Assembly: GCF_001194135.2 (NCBI RefSeq)
Contig: NC_068983.1
Coordinates: 80,228,264 to 80,292,263, forward strand
Source: Octopus bimaculoides
Lineage: Eukaryota
Direction: 5' to 3'
Length of the DNA: 64,000 bases
The notes under the pieces are model-generated. The model had not been told where the DNA came from and searched no databases. It was given only the letters and a program-made list of their open reading frames with translations. The translations under genes were made by a program, and so were the position numbers. Below, one piece after another: positions 14,346 through 28,413 of the stretch. Every line of letters begins with the position of its first letter. Within the stretch, counting starts at the first letter, position 1.

Positions 14346-17300
14346 CATTCAATCCATAAATATATATACAAAAAAAACACAACTTTGGTTATGCACACTG
14401 AGTGAAATGACAGTATAATCTAACAAAGAACTTATTTAAACAATCACCTGAAGAAGTTTACCTTATACTTTGAAAAGGTGATAGCGATTATGCAACATAA
14501 TAATATCATCTCACCAATGTACTATGAGTGTAAGAATGTGTCAAAACAATTATAGTGATTTTAAATAAAGAATATCATTCAATCCATTTTGTACCATTTA
14601 CACACACACACATACACACACACACATATTTTGGATAGCATGTAGTTGATTGAATTGACTCCAGTACTTGATTAATATTTTTCTTGGACCTAGAAATGGA
14701 AAACACTCCCAGCAGGATTTGAATCAAAACATGGGAACCTAAATAAACACTGGAAGGCATTTTGTCCTGGATCTTATAACCATCTACTTCTTTTTTATTG
14801 CTACTGATAATTTAGATTACTTAGTTATTATAAACATAAAATGTCAAATTTTATTCAGTTTAAGCTTTTTTTTTAATAAATTCAATCCATATATGTTGTT
14901 TTCTTTACTTTTCGTTGAACTTTAAAGAATTTAATAACAATCAGCTTGTGATATTTTAGTATTGAAATTTAGAACTTCTACTAAATTTTGAAGAATTTCA
15001 TATGTATTATATTTTAAACATTTTTTTTCTTTTTATACATTATTCTTTTTTGTTTTTAATGCATTGTGATTTCTTTATTCTTAAATTGCAATTTAAAATT
15101 TTGTGGTGTTCTATGAAAATTTTGCAATGGAAACAACTTTTTCATTTCAGGAAGTGTATTTTAACATTGCATCTTTACAAATCTATGAGTAAAAAATATA
15201 AATAAAATGTCTATGAAGTTTCACTGTAAAATTATTGTTTTAGAAGAAAATCAAGTTGTTTTTTTTTTATATTTTTAATTTTTTGTTTCTGCTGTTGTCT
15301 CTATTGGTGCTGCTCCTAATACTACTGCTGCTCCTAATACTGCAACTACTGTTCCTATTACTACTGTTGTTCCTAATACTACTACTTTTACTGCTTCTAT
15401 TACTATTACTTTAAATGATAATATAACAATAATAATAATTTCTCTTGTTACCTTCATCATTATCTTCAGATGTTTGTTTGCATGTGCTTGTATAATACTA
15501 CCAATATGAAATCTTTAGATATGTTCTAAATTTGGTAAATTGAATAGGAAATAGGTAAGTTAAGTGGGAAATTGGCTTGTTAAACAACTTCAGTAGAAGT
15601 CATTTACAAGCTATCAATAATACATAGATATCTATTGTCATTGCTCTATTTCTGTATAACTAGATTGTCTTGTAGTGCGTGATATTAGAGAATGAAGTCG
15701 ACTAGCTCTAATAGACTATTTTGAGACTAGACTCATTACAATCCTCTGATCCTAGAATAGATATAAAGTACTTTAAAGGCCAATTCCTTAAATCCTTTTA
15801 TTGTACAGGTAATTTGATATATATCTAACAAAGGAAACTTGTTGGAAGCAGGTACAATAAAGTAAATATGCCTTCAAGCTCTTGAAGAGAGAAAATAATC
15901 TTTAGAAGTGTTTATACTAATAAAAAAAAAGTAGTTTTTGTGAAAAATAGCTATAATTTATTGTGCTTTCAAAGAGTGATTATTTTTAAAGAACTTGTTA
16001 AAAATAAGAGTTGTATTTATTTTGGCCATTTTGTAAGTATAGTTATAGATTGTTAGCTAATTCATAAGTTCAAATCATGTGTTCCAATGTACTTTATTAG
16101 TGGCATTGTTAGAAGATTATATACTTACATTATATCACCAATAAGTTAACTATGAAACTTCAAAACAAGCTTGAATTTGTTCTATTACTTTTGATTGATT
16201 GTTGTATATTAGAATTATCAATTGATGGGACACATCTAAACTATTGCTCGTCTTTTATTTTTTAAAATTTTGAAAGTGAAACACATGGAAACTACTAATA
16301 AATGGAATGTAGAAGTATTAGAAATATGTCCACCTTCTGATAATGTTACTATACCATAGTGAATCAAGAGTAATACAACTAATTTTATCATTTTAGAAAA
16401 ATCTCATGGTTACCTCATTAGTGATATAAGACATATATATTCTTTTAATAGTGATGTTACTAATAAAGTAAATTATACATACATATATTTTGTGTGTGTG
16501 TGTGTTTGTAATAAGTGAAACTGTAGTAGATGAGACAAACTCTGTAATGTTGGAGCTAAACTGAAATAAGCACTTTCTGAACATCAAGTGAGATATGTGT
16601 CCCTGATCATTGGTTGGAAAGTTGTTTAGACTGATTTTCATATATATATGTTCTATCCAGCTGAATTGTATTTCGAATAAATTGTTGGTAGAATAAAGGT
16701 TATTTCTATGGTTTCTTAAGTATTAAAAACTTCAAAACTAAAAGACATAATATTGTAGAAGGTACAGATATGCATGTGCTTTCATGTATCTTACTAATGA
16801 ATAAATTCTGTATAGTGTATTGTTTGAACTATTTACTCTCAAAAAGTTACTAAGATAATATCTCTTTAAAATCCAACCATTTTATCTTCCTCCCCAAAGT
16901 TTTGTCCACTTTTATAATAGATTTAAGACTTCTGTGAAACATTTCTACCATCGGTTGTTTGCAAAAGATTTAACTGATTTTTGGTACCTTCCAATCGTAT
17001 TGCTTCCCTCTAACAATGTAAAGTAGCTTTGATCCTGCAACAAAGTATTCATGCATTTATCAATAATGCATTTCTACATTTCTTTGCCTTCTTGTATATT
17101 CAAGATAATATATCTATAAATCCTAAGAATATTAATAAAAATAGTTTTGTAGATGTCATTGAAATAATGAATTATTTATTTATGCACTTTAACCTATCCT
17201 TATATACTATGACAAAAAAGTATACCTTTTGATCTTTGTATAATGATAGTGGTCATCAGATGTTTGTAAAATTATTATAAAAGTAATTATTACTGAGATA

Positions 17301-17991
17301 TAAGCAAAAAGATGTTAGTTTATTGAGGTTTTATGTTATTACTTTTTCAACACTTTTTAATGTAACACAATAATGATAATACAATATTTAGTGACGCTAT
17401 CAATATTGAATATGATGATAATTATAATGAAAACAATCACAGTTTCATTTATGCGTGAGTGTTTTTTATTTTTTTTATATCAGCGGATGTGTGTGAGGAG
17501 AGATGGAAATAAAACTATACTTTTTTTATTTTTAAAGAACTATTTTTTTTTTTTTTTTATCAAGTTTCCAGTATTCAGAATTGTTCTAAAACATTTGTAT
17601 AGTGTGTTGTATTAGATGTTAATGGAATCATTAGTTCCTTTCCTCACAACTTAAAACTGATTACAATATCTGTGCACCTATGTGTCACTTTCTGAGATCA
17701 GTGAGTTGTTGATCCCATATGTATTACAGTATATTTATTCAGAAATTGTATTGATCAAATGTAAGAGATAAATCTTGTAGTGTTCTTTGAAATGAGTACT
17801 TTCTTAAAGATTTCACTTTGCAAAACAAAAATTTCACCAATAAGAGTGTGCCATTAATGTCAGATCAACGTTCTTTGTTATCTGATTTAGAAAAACAAAA
17901 AAAAAATAATTAATTAAGATGTGTATGGAGAAGCATACATTTTAAGAACTCTGTGAATAATATTAATGATAATAATAATAATAATAATAAT

Positions 17992-18318
17992 AAATGCCCT
18001 GATGCAGTACCAGGTAGTGGCTCTTATGACTTCTGATCTTAACTGATTGGAAGTGTTATCATGTATATTGTTTTGACTTGGTATAAAAGATGGGCTACAT
18101 CAAATTTTCTGCTCAATACCACAGATTTGTTTGTCAGTTGCTTGACCATAACCAGTTGAGCATGTCCCTTGGTGGCTGACGATATGTGCGTCTCTGATCA
18201 TGAGCAAAAGTAGTGCGAGAGCATCATAGTCATATGTTGAGAGGAATTCTTTGGAGTTTGGATAATTCACCTTTGGAAACATGGGTGTTTTGTTCAACAT
18301 CCTTAAACAATCCTTATT
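17992..18318 (-). repeat. Unclassified retroposon-like repeat with (TTA)n tail
   Basis: More GC-rich block whose minus strand runs into the (AAT)n tract at 17968-17993. It abuts the LINE fragment on the other strand. Confidence 0.5.
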
Positions 18319-19385
18319 CAGGGACCTTTGGAGCAGGATGGGCAACTCAACCTGAAAAAAATTCTAACGTCAGGAGAAGCATATTTCAGGGAGATAGTCT
18401 GTCACCATTGCTATTTGTGATTTGTATGATACTCCTCACACAGATATTATGGAAAGTGACATCGTGGTACACCTTGAAAAATGGAGGAAAGTTGAATCAC
18501 CTGTTGTATATAGATGACAATCTGGAATGGTACATCAAACAACTGATTGAACCTTTGATTGTTGCTGTTAGATGTAGCAACATGATACCTAGTGAAAATG
18601 TCACACACCCAAAAGAATTTAAGAAACATGATGGAGAACAAAGATTGAACATCTGGAGAGTGAAAACAATGCACAGGCAGTACCTCAGAGAAATGGAAGG
18701 GAAAAACAAGACTGACACCTGGAAGTGGCTAAGTAAAAGTGATCTGAAAGGATGCACTCAGGAACAATCTCTGAGAACTAATTACACCAAGTTCCAAACA
18801 GATAAGAGTAGTGAACCACCCCTTTGAAGGATGTGTGACAGCAAAAACAAAACAGTTTTACATATTGTGAATGAGTGTAGCAAACTGATCCAAAAGGAAT
18901 ACAAAAGGAGGCATGAAAATGGGTGGAGATTGTGTGAGAATTATGATCTTGTAAGGACATTGAAATGATATGAGCATAAACTATTGTAGAAGGCATCACC
19001 AAGAATAATGAGTATAAGATCTTGTGAGATTTTACAATCCAGTATGATTCAGTGATTGATATTTGGAGACCAGACATTGTTGAATTTTATAAACTGATGA
19101 AGGAAACCAAGATTATAGATATTGCCATACTTGGAGATGTATGAATGGCTGATAAAGAACTGGAAAAATTGAGAGGTACAAGCCACTGAAAGATGAAATT
19201 GCAGGAACATAGGCAATGAAAAGAGCAACTGCCATCCTTGTAGTTGTGGGGTTACTAGGAGCATTTACAACCAAGCTTGAGAAGTCTGTTATAGAAAATG
19301 GGATTGACATGAGGTTAGAATATACTCAGAAAACTGCTTTATTGGGGGCAGCAAGGATTTTGAGGTTGGTATTTAGATGTTAAAT
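18319..19385 (+). mobile_element. R4/Dong-like non-LTR retrotransposon fragment (RT, CCHC, restriction-like endonuclease), 5'-truncated, internally deleted, pseudogenised
   Basis: IFQGDSLSPLLFVI, LNHLLYIDD, TWKWLSKSDLK, QEQSLRTNY, (*)RMC-x8-H-x4-C, RPDIV..KIIDIAI, QKTALLGAARILR. In-frame stops are present. Confidence 0.88.
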
Positions 19386-20040
19386 ATTGTAGAAAGAGAC
19401 AGGTTGTTGTCTGCTCTTACAGAATTACCTGGAGCAAGTGAAATCGAGAGCTAGATATACTAGCCAATAGTTGTGATGTTGAGCTATTTAGGATCATATG
19501 TTCATATTATTTCAAGAGTATTGCATTTTGCTCTGAGACACGAAACATTTGATTTACTCACCTTTGATAATAGATATGATGCCCACTTCACAGAGAACTT
19601 TGAACTATAAAACCATTTAGCAATTTGGTGTAAAATGACATCCATTTCAATATCAAATTTTACAGAAAAACCAAAGCTAGGATGGATATAGTGTAAACAC
19701 TTACATTTATGTAAATCTTTTTACGTAGCTGTGTGCTGCTTTAATGAAGAGAAAAGGTACTCAGTATATAGTATAAAGTATGATTGTATATATCTGACTG
19801 GACTGTTTAGCATTACTTAAGTTTCACTTTTATGTATCATTAAGATTGCATGATGTAGTGTAATGATGTGCTCCTTTGTTCAAGATAGTGTTAGGGGTCT
19901 TACTATTTCATTGGCTGAACCAGACCACATGAGTCACTCTTAAGAAGTGATGACTCCCAACTGAAATGAAACTTTTACATACTGTGAAACAACTGCTTGA
20001 TATTAGAAATCTTGTAACCAAAATATGCATAAATAATTAT

Positions 20041-20250
20041 TTCAAATTTTTGCTGCAAGGGCAGCTTGGAGGAGGGGGATGAGTCGATTACATCAACCCC
20101 AGTATTCAACCAGTACTTATTTTATCAACCCCAAAAGGATGAAAAGCAAAGTCGACCTTGACAAAATTTGAACTCAGAATGTAGCGATGGGCAAAATACT
20201 GCTAAGCATTTCATCAAGTGTGCTAATGATACTGCCAGTTTGCCGCCTTA
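20041..20250 (-). mobile_element. SINE family A copy
   Basis: Reverse complement aligns by eye with family A from head to tail. Confidence 0.75.
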
Positions 20251-21696
20251 AAATATGCATAAATAATGATAAGCAATGATAAGCAAAAATCAAATATTTT
20301 TGAAAGATAATAATAATAGTTCATAATAGTTAGCAAAATAATAATTAGCATAATTCTTGCTTGGTTGGCTGGTATGTTTGTTATGTGTTTCTCAGTACAC
20401 TTTGTGTCTTGTGGTGCCTGCAAGAACATACTTTTCCTAAGAGAGGAGCAACTCTACCTGGCTTATTCAGAATTGGTAGTTCAGCTTGATTTTACATGTC
20501 AAGTCCTATGTTATGTTATTAGCCAGTTGTGAATTTTGGGTTCAGCAACTTTACAGTTGAAAGTCTCTTTGTACAGGGAAATGCTTGAAGTTCAAATTCT
20601 TTTATATGGAGGCATGGTAAAGAAGTTGCATCTCTCATTCTAAAGATGGAGTAATATAAATTTAAAATCTCAAGTTTTTAATTGCATATAGATGGTGACT
20701 TCTTCAACCATTGTATACCTTTTTCAGTATTCCAGTTTTAATGTGTAGTTGTTCTGCCTTTTAAAACTAAATGTAGTTCGCAAGATATGGCATCTGAACT
20801 TACTTCTTAACTTAAATGGATGTGCTATCACTATGTAGCCTTAAACATATTTGAATCAATCTGGCATACATTTTACTGTATGATCAGCAGATTCAACATC
20901 TACTCTCTATATTTTTTCTATTGATGATAACATATTTGAAATATGACCTGATTCTAATTTTTTTTTGGTGTGGGGGGGGGGGGGGGGAGCAGAGGCTGAA
21001 GCCAAATTTTTTTTCTGAGTTTATATGTTGGTCCTTTGTTAGTTCATTTCATTTTTTTTTACATACAATGTATTGGTTATTATGCTTTTAAATTAGTATT
21101 CTTGGTGGTATCATGTTTTCAAGTGAGATTATGTGGTATTTTTTCCATTCCACACCTTTTTGATGTGAATATCAATTTGTTCATAGTGCTCAATCAGGTG
21201 AATATATCATTACTTTAAGCTTCATACTTACAAATTCAGATGGCAGTTAGCTCTTTTGTAATGAAATGTACCTTTGTCCACGATGGTATTGGAGCCAATT
21301 TATTCCATTGGCTAAGGCAGAAAACATGGGTTACTTAATCAGATAACTCCCAATCAAAATGAAACATTCTTCATTCTGCGGGATAACTTTGTAAAAGCAA
21401 AATAATTAGTAAAAATAGTGAAAATAAAAATGATTTATTATACTTAAAAAAATAATAATTAGCATAACTCTTGCTTCACTTGATGGCAAAATTTTCCATG
21501 TGGATTCCTTTGTACCCTTTGTGTTTTGTGATGCCTTAAAAGTATAATTATTCCTCAGAAGAAAGTGACTTGGTACTTCAGCTTGATTTTGTGTTAAATT
21601 TCATGTAACCCCTTTAACCAAGCTGTGAATTGCAGCCTTCATGAGACACAATGGGTACCAAGGAACCAACATGGAGAATTTTGTCATGCATATGTA

Positions 21697-21729
<33 letters not shown>

Positions 21730-22433
21730 CTTTATTAAAGTGCTTATAGTTGAAAAAGACTACTTCAGTTAAGAACTCAGTGCATTGTGTAAGTCAGAGT
21801 AACAGGATTTATTCTCAATGATTTGCTAATCATTTCAACCAAAGAGATCTCTTTTGGAGTGAACTCTGTTTAACTTTTCAAACAAAGTCAAGAGTTTGCC
21901 TCCCTTTTGGAGTTAAGCACAGTTCTCTTCCAAGGAACCATTTTTGTTTGAAAAGGTTTGTAAATCATTTCAATGAACTTTATGCATAAACTGCAGATCA
22001 CTGCATTATCAGTTCTCAATTCAATTGATCGGCCATTTACAGTGTGCACTGGTTTGCTTTTTTCCTTGGCACCAGCACTAGTAAAGTTGCTGTGTTGTTC
22101 AAAAAGTGAAAAAGAGTCCCACCCACCCATCTTGGTTGAAGGATTAGAGGTTAAAGAATGATGGATGAAAGAAATTTATTGTTGTGAGAGGATGGTAGTA
22201 GAGAATAACAGCTGGAAGTTTTGGAGAGAAATAATGAAGAAGACAGAAGTGAGAATGAGAGTAATGTCAAGGGTCTGTGTGAAAGAGCAGAAGCATAAAA
22301 TGGTAAGAGTGATGGGGTAGCTTGCTTAAGTTGGAACCGTTACTTTCCTACGTTATATATATATTTTATCATAATTCTATGCCAGATTTCCATGTCTGCA
22401 ATATGTGTGTGTGTTTATTTACACACACACACA

Positions 22434-22465
<32 letters not shown>

Positions 22466-22788
22466 GGAAGTGAATTTCTTGAACATTCCACCATACTTGG
22501 TTTACAGTTATTTTTGTTGTCATCCTCTTGAGGATCTTCCACTAGATTATATCAAAGGCTGCTTCAAATCATCAAAGTGTAAGATCACTTGATGTTCTTT
22601 TGTTTCTTTAGTTATCTGTCTTATGTATATACACATATGTATATACATTTGTATGCAAGTGGGATTATAATGGGAGGAATATTAGGATTCATTCCTTCAC
22701 TTGCACAAATTAATTTTGTAAAGCAACTGTATCATTTTTACCAAGTTGCCAATGCCTTAACAATTTAATTTGAATTCCATTTGCTAAG

Positions 22789-23031
22789 GAATGCCAGCAG
22801 TTTGTAAAGGGAACAGCCCTCCACCACCTCCACCAGATGTTGCTCAAAATGACCTTATGGCTCGACTTGGCCTGTTGCTAGAAGAACTCTCCAGCAGTGA
22901 ACAAATGTCCACAGGCAGCAAAGAAGGCAACTGTAAAGAAGAGGCTTTTACTAGTATCTCTTCACTAACCAGCAGTGAGACCACACCAGATAAAGGCATC
23001 TCTGATACCAGTCCCATTTCAACATTAACGG
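22789..23031 (+). CDS. TANC2: TANC exon 1 (observed): MPAVCKGNSPPPPPDVAQNDLMARLGLLLEE...STLT
   Basis: AG at 22787-22788, ATG at 22791, donor gtaagt at 23032 (phase 1). NDLMARLGLLL matches the TANC N-terminal DLMTRLGFLL motif. Confidence 0.85.
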
Positions 23032-23580
23032 GTAAGTTAATAAAGAAATGTCAGTGTTTATTGGTGTTCATTAATATGATTCTTTTTTTAAAGAAGTTTA
23101 ATTTTTCACTTAGGTCTTTGAAAGATTTGTAGATGCTTGACAGAAAAAAATTTCACTTCTTTATCAAAGGTTGTATTACTGAGAACGAACTTCTTGATGT
23201 ACCATTTATACATTGGTAAAAATAAATTTGTCTTAGATGTTTTGTATTCCAAAAGCAGTGTAAATTGAACTCTATCACATATATCAAGTAACTTGGATGC
23301 ACAGTTATATCTGTTAAAAGAGACAAAATGATCATATCTTGAATAGGGCTATTTAATTGTGAGGAGGAAAATATGCTTACTTTCATTAGTTTCCAATTAT
23401 TTTGTCATGATATCAATGGCTTAGTGAATGAGGTATTGCATTTCAGGGCAAATGAAAATTTCCTCTTTATACATAATTATGGTGTGAGTTGATATTGGTA
23501 ATCATATTACATTATTATTTTTCAAGAGGCTATTAGTTTCTCTCATTTCTCAATATATTTATTGTCAATTTCCAAATGTT

Positions 23581-23611
<31 letters not shown>

Positions 23612-24400
23612 CTAAAATGAAATCAGTTGACACCAGAATATGTTTTCTCCACCCTGTTCTATGTAAACGTTTTCACCAAATATTGAGTACTGATCTTTTA
23701 TATTTCAGTCATCTTAATGCTTATTTATGGTTCTTTTATCTAAGAACAAATGTAGACACATCATGTTATGTAAAGTGATAAAATGTTGCCATTAAACATT
23801 GCAGGGAACATTTTTCATATGTGACTATTACTACCACTTGGTGATTATTTAATAAAACCATTTTTTTACATGTTGATGGTTTAAAATTAAAGGCTTTTCT
23901 GAATGAAAGAAAGATTACTTTACCCAGATTTTATTCTGTTATATTTACTGTTTACCCTCTTGACAATTAATAATTTTTTAATGTTGTTACAAAAATGGCA
24001 ACAGGCATTCTATAAATATATTTATAAAATTCAGTTTCAAATTATGCGATTTCTTCAAAACACAACACAAACTATGACCTCTACTAGTAAATACTTTAAT
24101 CTTTGTAGATGGCTCTATACTGCATGTATATGTGTGTGTGTGTATATGTATACACACATCATACATTGTCTTTTGTCCATGGAAAAGAACCAGTTATATA
24201 AGTATGATATATATCATCTACAAGATTTTAGACTTGTACATAAGACAAGTTGCCTGACAGGCTAAAGGTGATTTGTTCATTGCCGATATATCAATATCTC
24301 ATACCTGATTTAATGTTTCTTTAGATAAAACAGAGCACTACTTTCCAGCAACTTTTCTAGAAAATAGCTGCTATTTCAATCCATTTTAACAATTCCTACT

Positions 24401-24695
24401 CATCGTCATTCATCGTTTAACGTCCGCATTCCATGCTAGCATGGGTTGGACGATTTGACTGAGGACTGGTGAAACCGGATGGCAACACCAGGCTCCAATC
24501 TAAACTTGGCAGAGTTTCTACAGCTGGATGCCCTTCCTAACGTCAACCACTCAGAGAGTGTAGTAGGTGCTTTTACGTGTCACCTGCACGAAGGCCAGTC
24601 AGGCGATACTGGCAACGGCCACGCTCGAAATGGTGTCTTTTATGTGCCACCCGCACAAGCCAGTCCAGGGGCACTGGCAACGATCTCGCTCGATG
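24401..24695 (-). mobile_element. Retroposon family C (SINE-like or RTE 3'UTR-like) with AGGAAGGGCATCC core and (GAT)n tail
   Basis: Near-identical reverse complement of 59745-59993. Confidence 0.8.
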
Positions 24696-26804
24696 TGAAT
24701 AAGATTAGCTAGCTATTAAAGGAGCATACTCTTCAAGAATGTGCAAGTTGATAAGTAGGTAAACATTTAATCATCATAGAATAATATATTAAATTTGTTT
24801 GTACAAACAATACATATGTAGTAGGCCTATATGCTACTCAGTTTAATACCATAACATGTTGATTGAGTGTTTTTTCTAAAGTCCAATTTGTTGTAAATAT
24901 TCAGATTAAACTCTCACTTTCCTCCTCACTCAGTTTTTCTTTAGAGTTTCACATTGGGCATCAGCTACAAGGATTTATAAATAAAACATAAATCTATGTA
25001 CATATACATACACTCTATATACCCTATATGTCTAGAAATTTATAATCTTTGAGTTTTAATATTAAAACATCTACACTTGACTAGTTAAATATCTACAATA
25101 AGTTAGAAATATCACTCTTAACAATGGTCCTAAGAGGTTTTGTTATCATTTAAGACATGTATGATATCGACTTACTGTAGTGACTTTGGTTATAGATATA
25201 ATTAGTTTTGGACATAGAACATATGAATGCATTTAAAAGTGTTTGAGTAAAGTTATGAGTTAAAGTACATAATTTTCATACAAGCAATAAGTTTAAGATG
25301 TATACATGTTGTTTAAGGACAATACAGAACTATCATCATTCTTTGTCATTTTATACCCATTTTTATATTTTACTCAATCTCAAATTAAAATGTTCTGATG
25401 AATTGCCATTGAAAGTTTTCAATTTTTAACAGAATATGGTTGGGATTTTGAAAAGAAAAAGGTTACAGACCTACATACTACATGAGAAAAAGGTGTATGT
25501 TACCATGTTAGTAAAAACATGAGAATTAATCATGAGGTGCATGCAGAACAATGAGAGTCCAAACAATAAAGTTTCTATTTAGTCTGTTCATAACACACAT
25601 TATCTAAATGGGGATGTTCTCCAATGATGAAAAACAACAGTGATCAGATATTCATGTTCAAATCTGCCAAAACATATTGAGAATGAATAGATACTTTATT
25701 ATTATGAGAATGATTGACAGAAAATAGTTATGCTTGCAATAATTGTGGCAGAGGTATACCAAAACTACATCAAATGAAATTAATTAAATTTGATCTTAGA
25801 AGATATCGATCAAATACTTGAAAAAAAGGTGATGTAAAAAGGCAATATTATAAGCTATTCAAATAAAAATACAATGATGATTAGTAATTATGTTAATGAC
25901 CATGTGTTTGTGTGATAGCATGCTATTAAAATGTATGTAAAGTAAATAAATAAATACATAAATAAATAAAAACATTAGAACACCTTCAAAGGAATGAAGT
26001 GATCATTTGCATATTACATTTGGCTGTTATTTTATAGAAGAGTATTTGTCTATACAATCTTCCTATTAAATGGAAACATTCAAAAGAAAATTTCACCATA
26101 TAAGGAAATTGTATGCAAATAATACATGAGGAGTAACTTAATTTCTCTGAAGAAATGAAAGAAAGTTAATTTTGCTACTGTGATATTGTCGGACATTTAA
26201 AAATAAGCAGGTTTCTCTGCATTTAAAAGGTTAAATAATAAATTTATAAACAATCATTATAATCAGATTCATAAAAGAAGTAAATTTATTCATTCTGCAT
26301 AAATATTCAATGCCATTTACTATAGATTTTATACAATTAAGCAATTTCATGGATTACATCAAAAGTAGGCTTATCTTAAATATGTAAGTAATGGTTGGAA
26401 ATATGTTAACAGCACCATTTCCTTTAACATTCTATTAAACACTGGCTAGCATCTCCTATGTTTGTTCTGCTTTTATGCTTATATCTTTGATACTGGCCTA
26501 AACAAAGTGTGTGTTGAGAAAAATAATTTACTTCCACTTGCTTGATGATGTTGATCATGCTTCTATAGACAGAAATCCTTCATGTTTTACTTTCAGACTG
26601 ACTTGCTTCAATGATATTTTAAAATATTTTTTTCTTCATATTTGAAACAAAATCCTAATTAATATTTCAGAAATCTGAACTGCATGTTTCAGAAATTTTG
26701 TTTGTTTTTTTTCTGCTTTGCTTTTATTATATCCTACTTCTTTCAATATAAAAATCTCAGTTTCTAAAATGATTTACCCATTTATTTTGTTGCTGTTATT
26801 TCAG

Positions 26805-27011
26805 TTTCGTCTGGCAGTGAACATGGTCTGCATGGCCCACCCCGCAATATCTCTCACCATCACCACAACCATCACCACCACCTTCATTCGTTGTACACAA
26901 ACTGTACACAGGCCTGCACTGCCTCTGACAGTATGACATCGCTGAGGAGTTTTAGCATTGGCAACGGAGCCAGTCCACTCCACACAATGCAAAGGCCGCA
27001 TTCAATAAACA
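26805..27011 (+). CDS. TANC2: TANC exon 2: SSGSEHGLHGPPRNISHHHHNHHHHLH...TMQRPHSIN
   Basis: ttcag acceptor ending 26804, gtgagt donor at 27012, phase 1/1. MQRPHS resembles TANC MPRPNS. Confidence 0.82.
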
Positions 27012-27901
27012 GTGAGTTTTATTCTTCAGCAATGCCTTTCTATCAGCAGTGCAATCACAAACAACCAGGAAGGTCATTACCATTGCCTTGACAACACTCC
27101 TATCGGTCATTGAATAGGACAGCTGCCTTAACACAGACAATATCTCTTTACATCCATTTGCATTTTTCTTTTACATTTATTCTTCTTTTTCATTTTGTAA
27201 AATATAGTTTAATTTTCAAAATTTTTCTTCTCTTTTTTTTCTTGCTTCAATAATGAATTAATGTCTTTTATATTAATATTTTTCAATTAAATCTGCAGCT
27301 TTTATTCAGATAGATAGGTATATCTTTCTTTTAACAAATTGTTTTCATTCTTTTTATATACAATAAGAAATACAAGTGTCATCAAAGATTGACTAATACT
27401 ATTTAGCTAATTCATTTCCATCTAGTTGTACCTTTTTATTGTTAGTATATCTTCCAAGAAATAATATTTAGATTTGCTTATAAGTGGCTTTATGTTAGCA
27501 GTAAAGGGTAGGAGCCTATTCACTGAAAATATAAAATAAATCCTGAAAATTACGAAATTTTTGCAAATATTAATTACATTTAGAAAGAAACTTCAGTTAT
27601 CATCAGGAGCTATTCCTCATTCTATTAAACATTAAAATCAATCTGTTCAAGATTAATTAGAACTATTAAACTGCTATGTGTTTTAACAATTTTCTTTTAA
27701 TGTAAATCATTGAACCATAATTTTACTAAAAATAAAAATCACCAACCAATTTGAAATGAATCTTCAAGCAATATCATAATATAGTATAAGAAGATCAGCA
27801 ACTTACTAACCACTCAGTATAAATGTATTTTTTCTATAGTCAAAAGAATAAAGAAAAAAAATCATTTAGCTACAATTTCATATACCTGGTACTTTTTACA
27901 G

Positions 27902-28003
27902 CTGTTACTCCAGGACCCATAGAAGATCTGCAATTGTTTGGGAAAAGAAAGTCTTCCCTACGTCTGTCTTCTACCCGAGGTAGCATTGGACTTCTTTCTG
28001 ATG
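27902..28003 (+). CDS. TANC2: TANC exon 3: VTPGPIEDLQLFGKRKSSLRLSSTRGSIGLLSD
   Basis: ttttacag acceptor ending 27901, donor gtaaat at 28004 (alternative gtagca at 27980), phase 1/1. IEDLQLF resembles TANC LEDLSYL. Confidence 0.78.
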
Positions 28004-28413
28004 GTAAATTCAATTTGCGCTTGAATAATTTCTTTAATTCACTCACTCATTCACTTTCTCTCATATGCACATACACATGCACACAAATACACACACACAT
28101 GCACACTCACATATGCACACACTTCTACTAAATTGTTAAAGTAATTTGTTGATTTTGAAATGAAATTTCCAGAAGCTCAATATCCTTGATTTCATGAAAA
28201 TGTGTAATTAATCTTAACGTTGTATACAAAATTTCAATTGATACTTTTTTTTAACCAATTCTGATCCCGAAAAGAACAAATATTTTTTAATGATAAAAGA
28301 CTGGATATTAAGAGCAAAAAGTTATATATATGTATTTATATACATCTTAAATCGTTCATATATCAAAAAAAAAAAAAGAAGCACACTCTAAAACATTAGA
28401 GCAGTAATATATT

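Noticed and set aside
15275-15460. Hydrophobic Val/Ala-rich ORF on the minus strand
   Set aside because: It is a degenerate ACT/GCT triplet repeat with no splice context or recognisable domain.
18213-18827. 204-aa ORF as a host gene
   Set aside because: It is a chimeric reading of a repeat plus a broken LINE RT, with stops immediately downstream.
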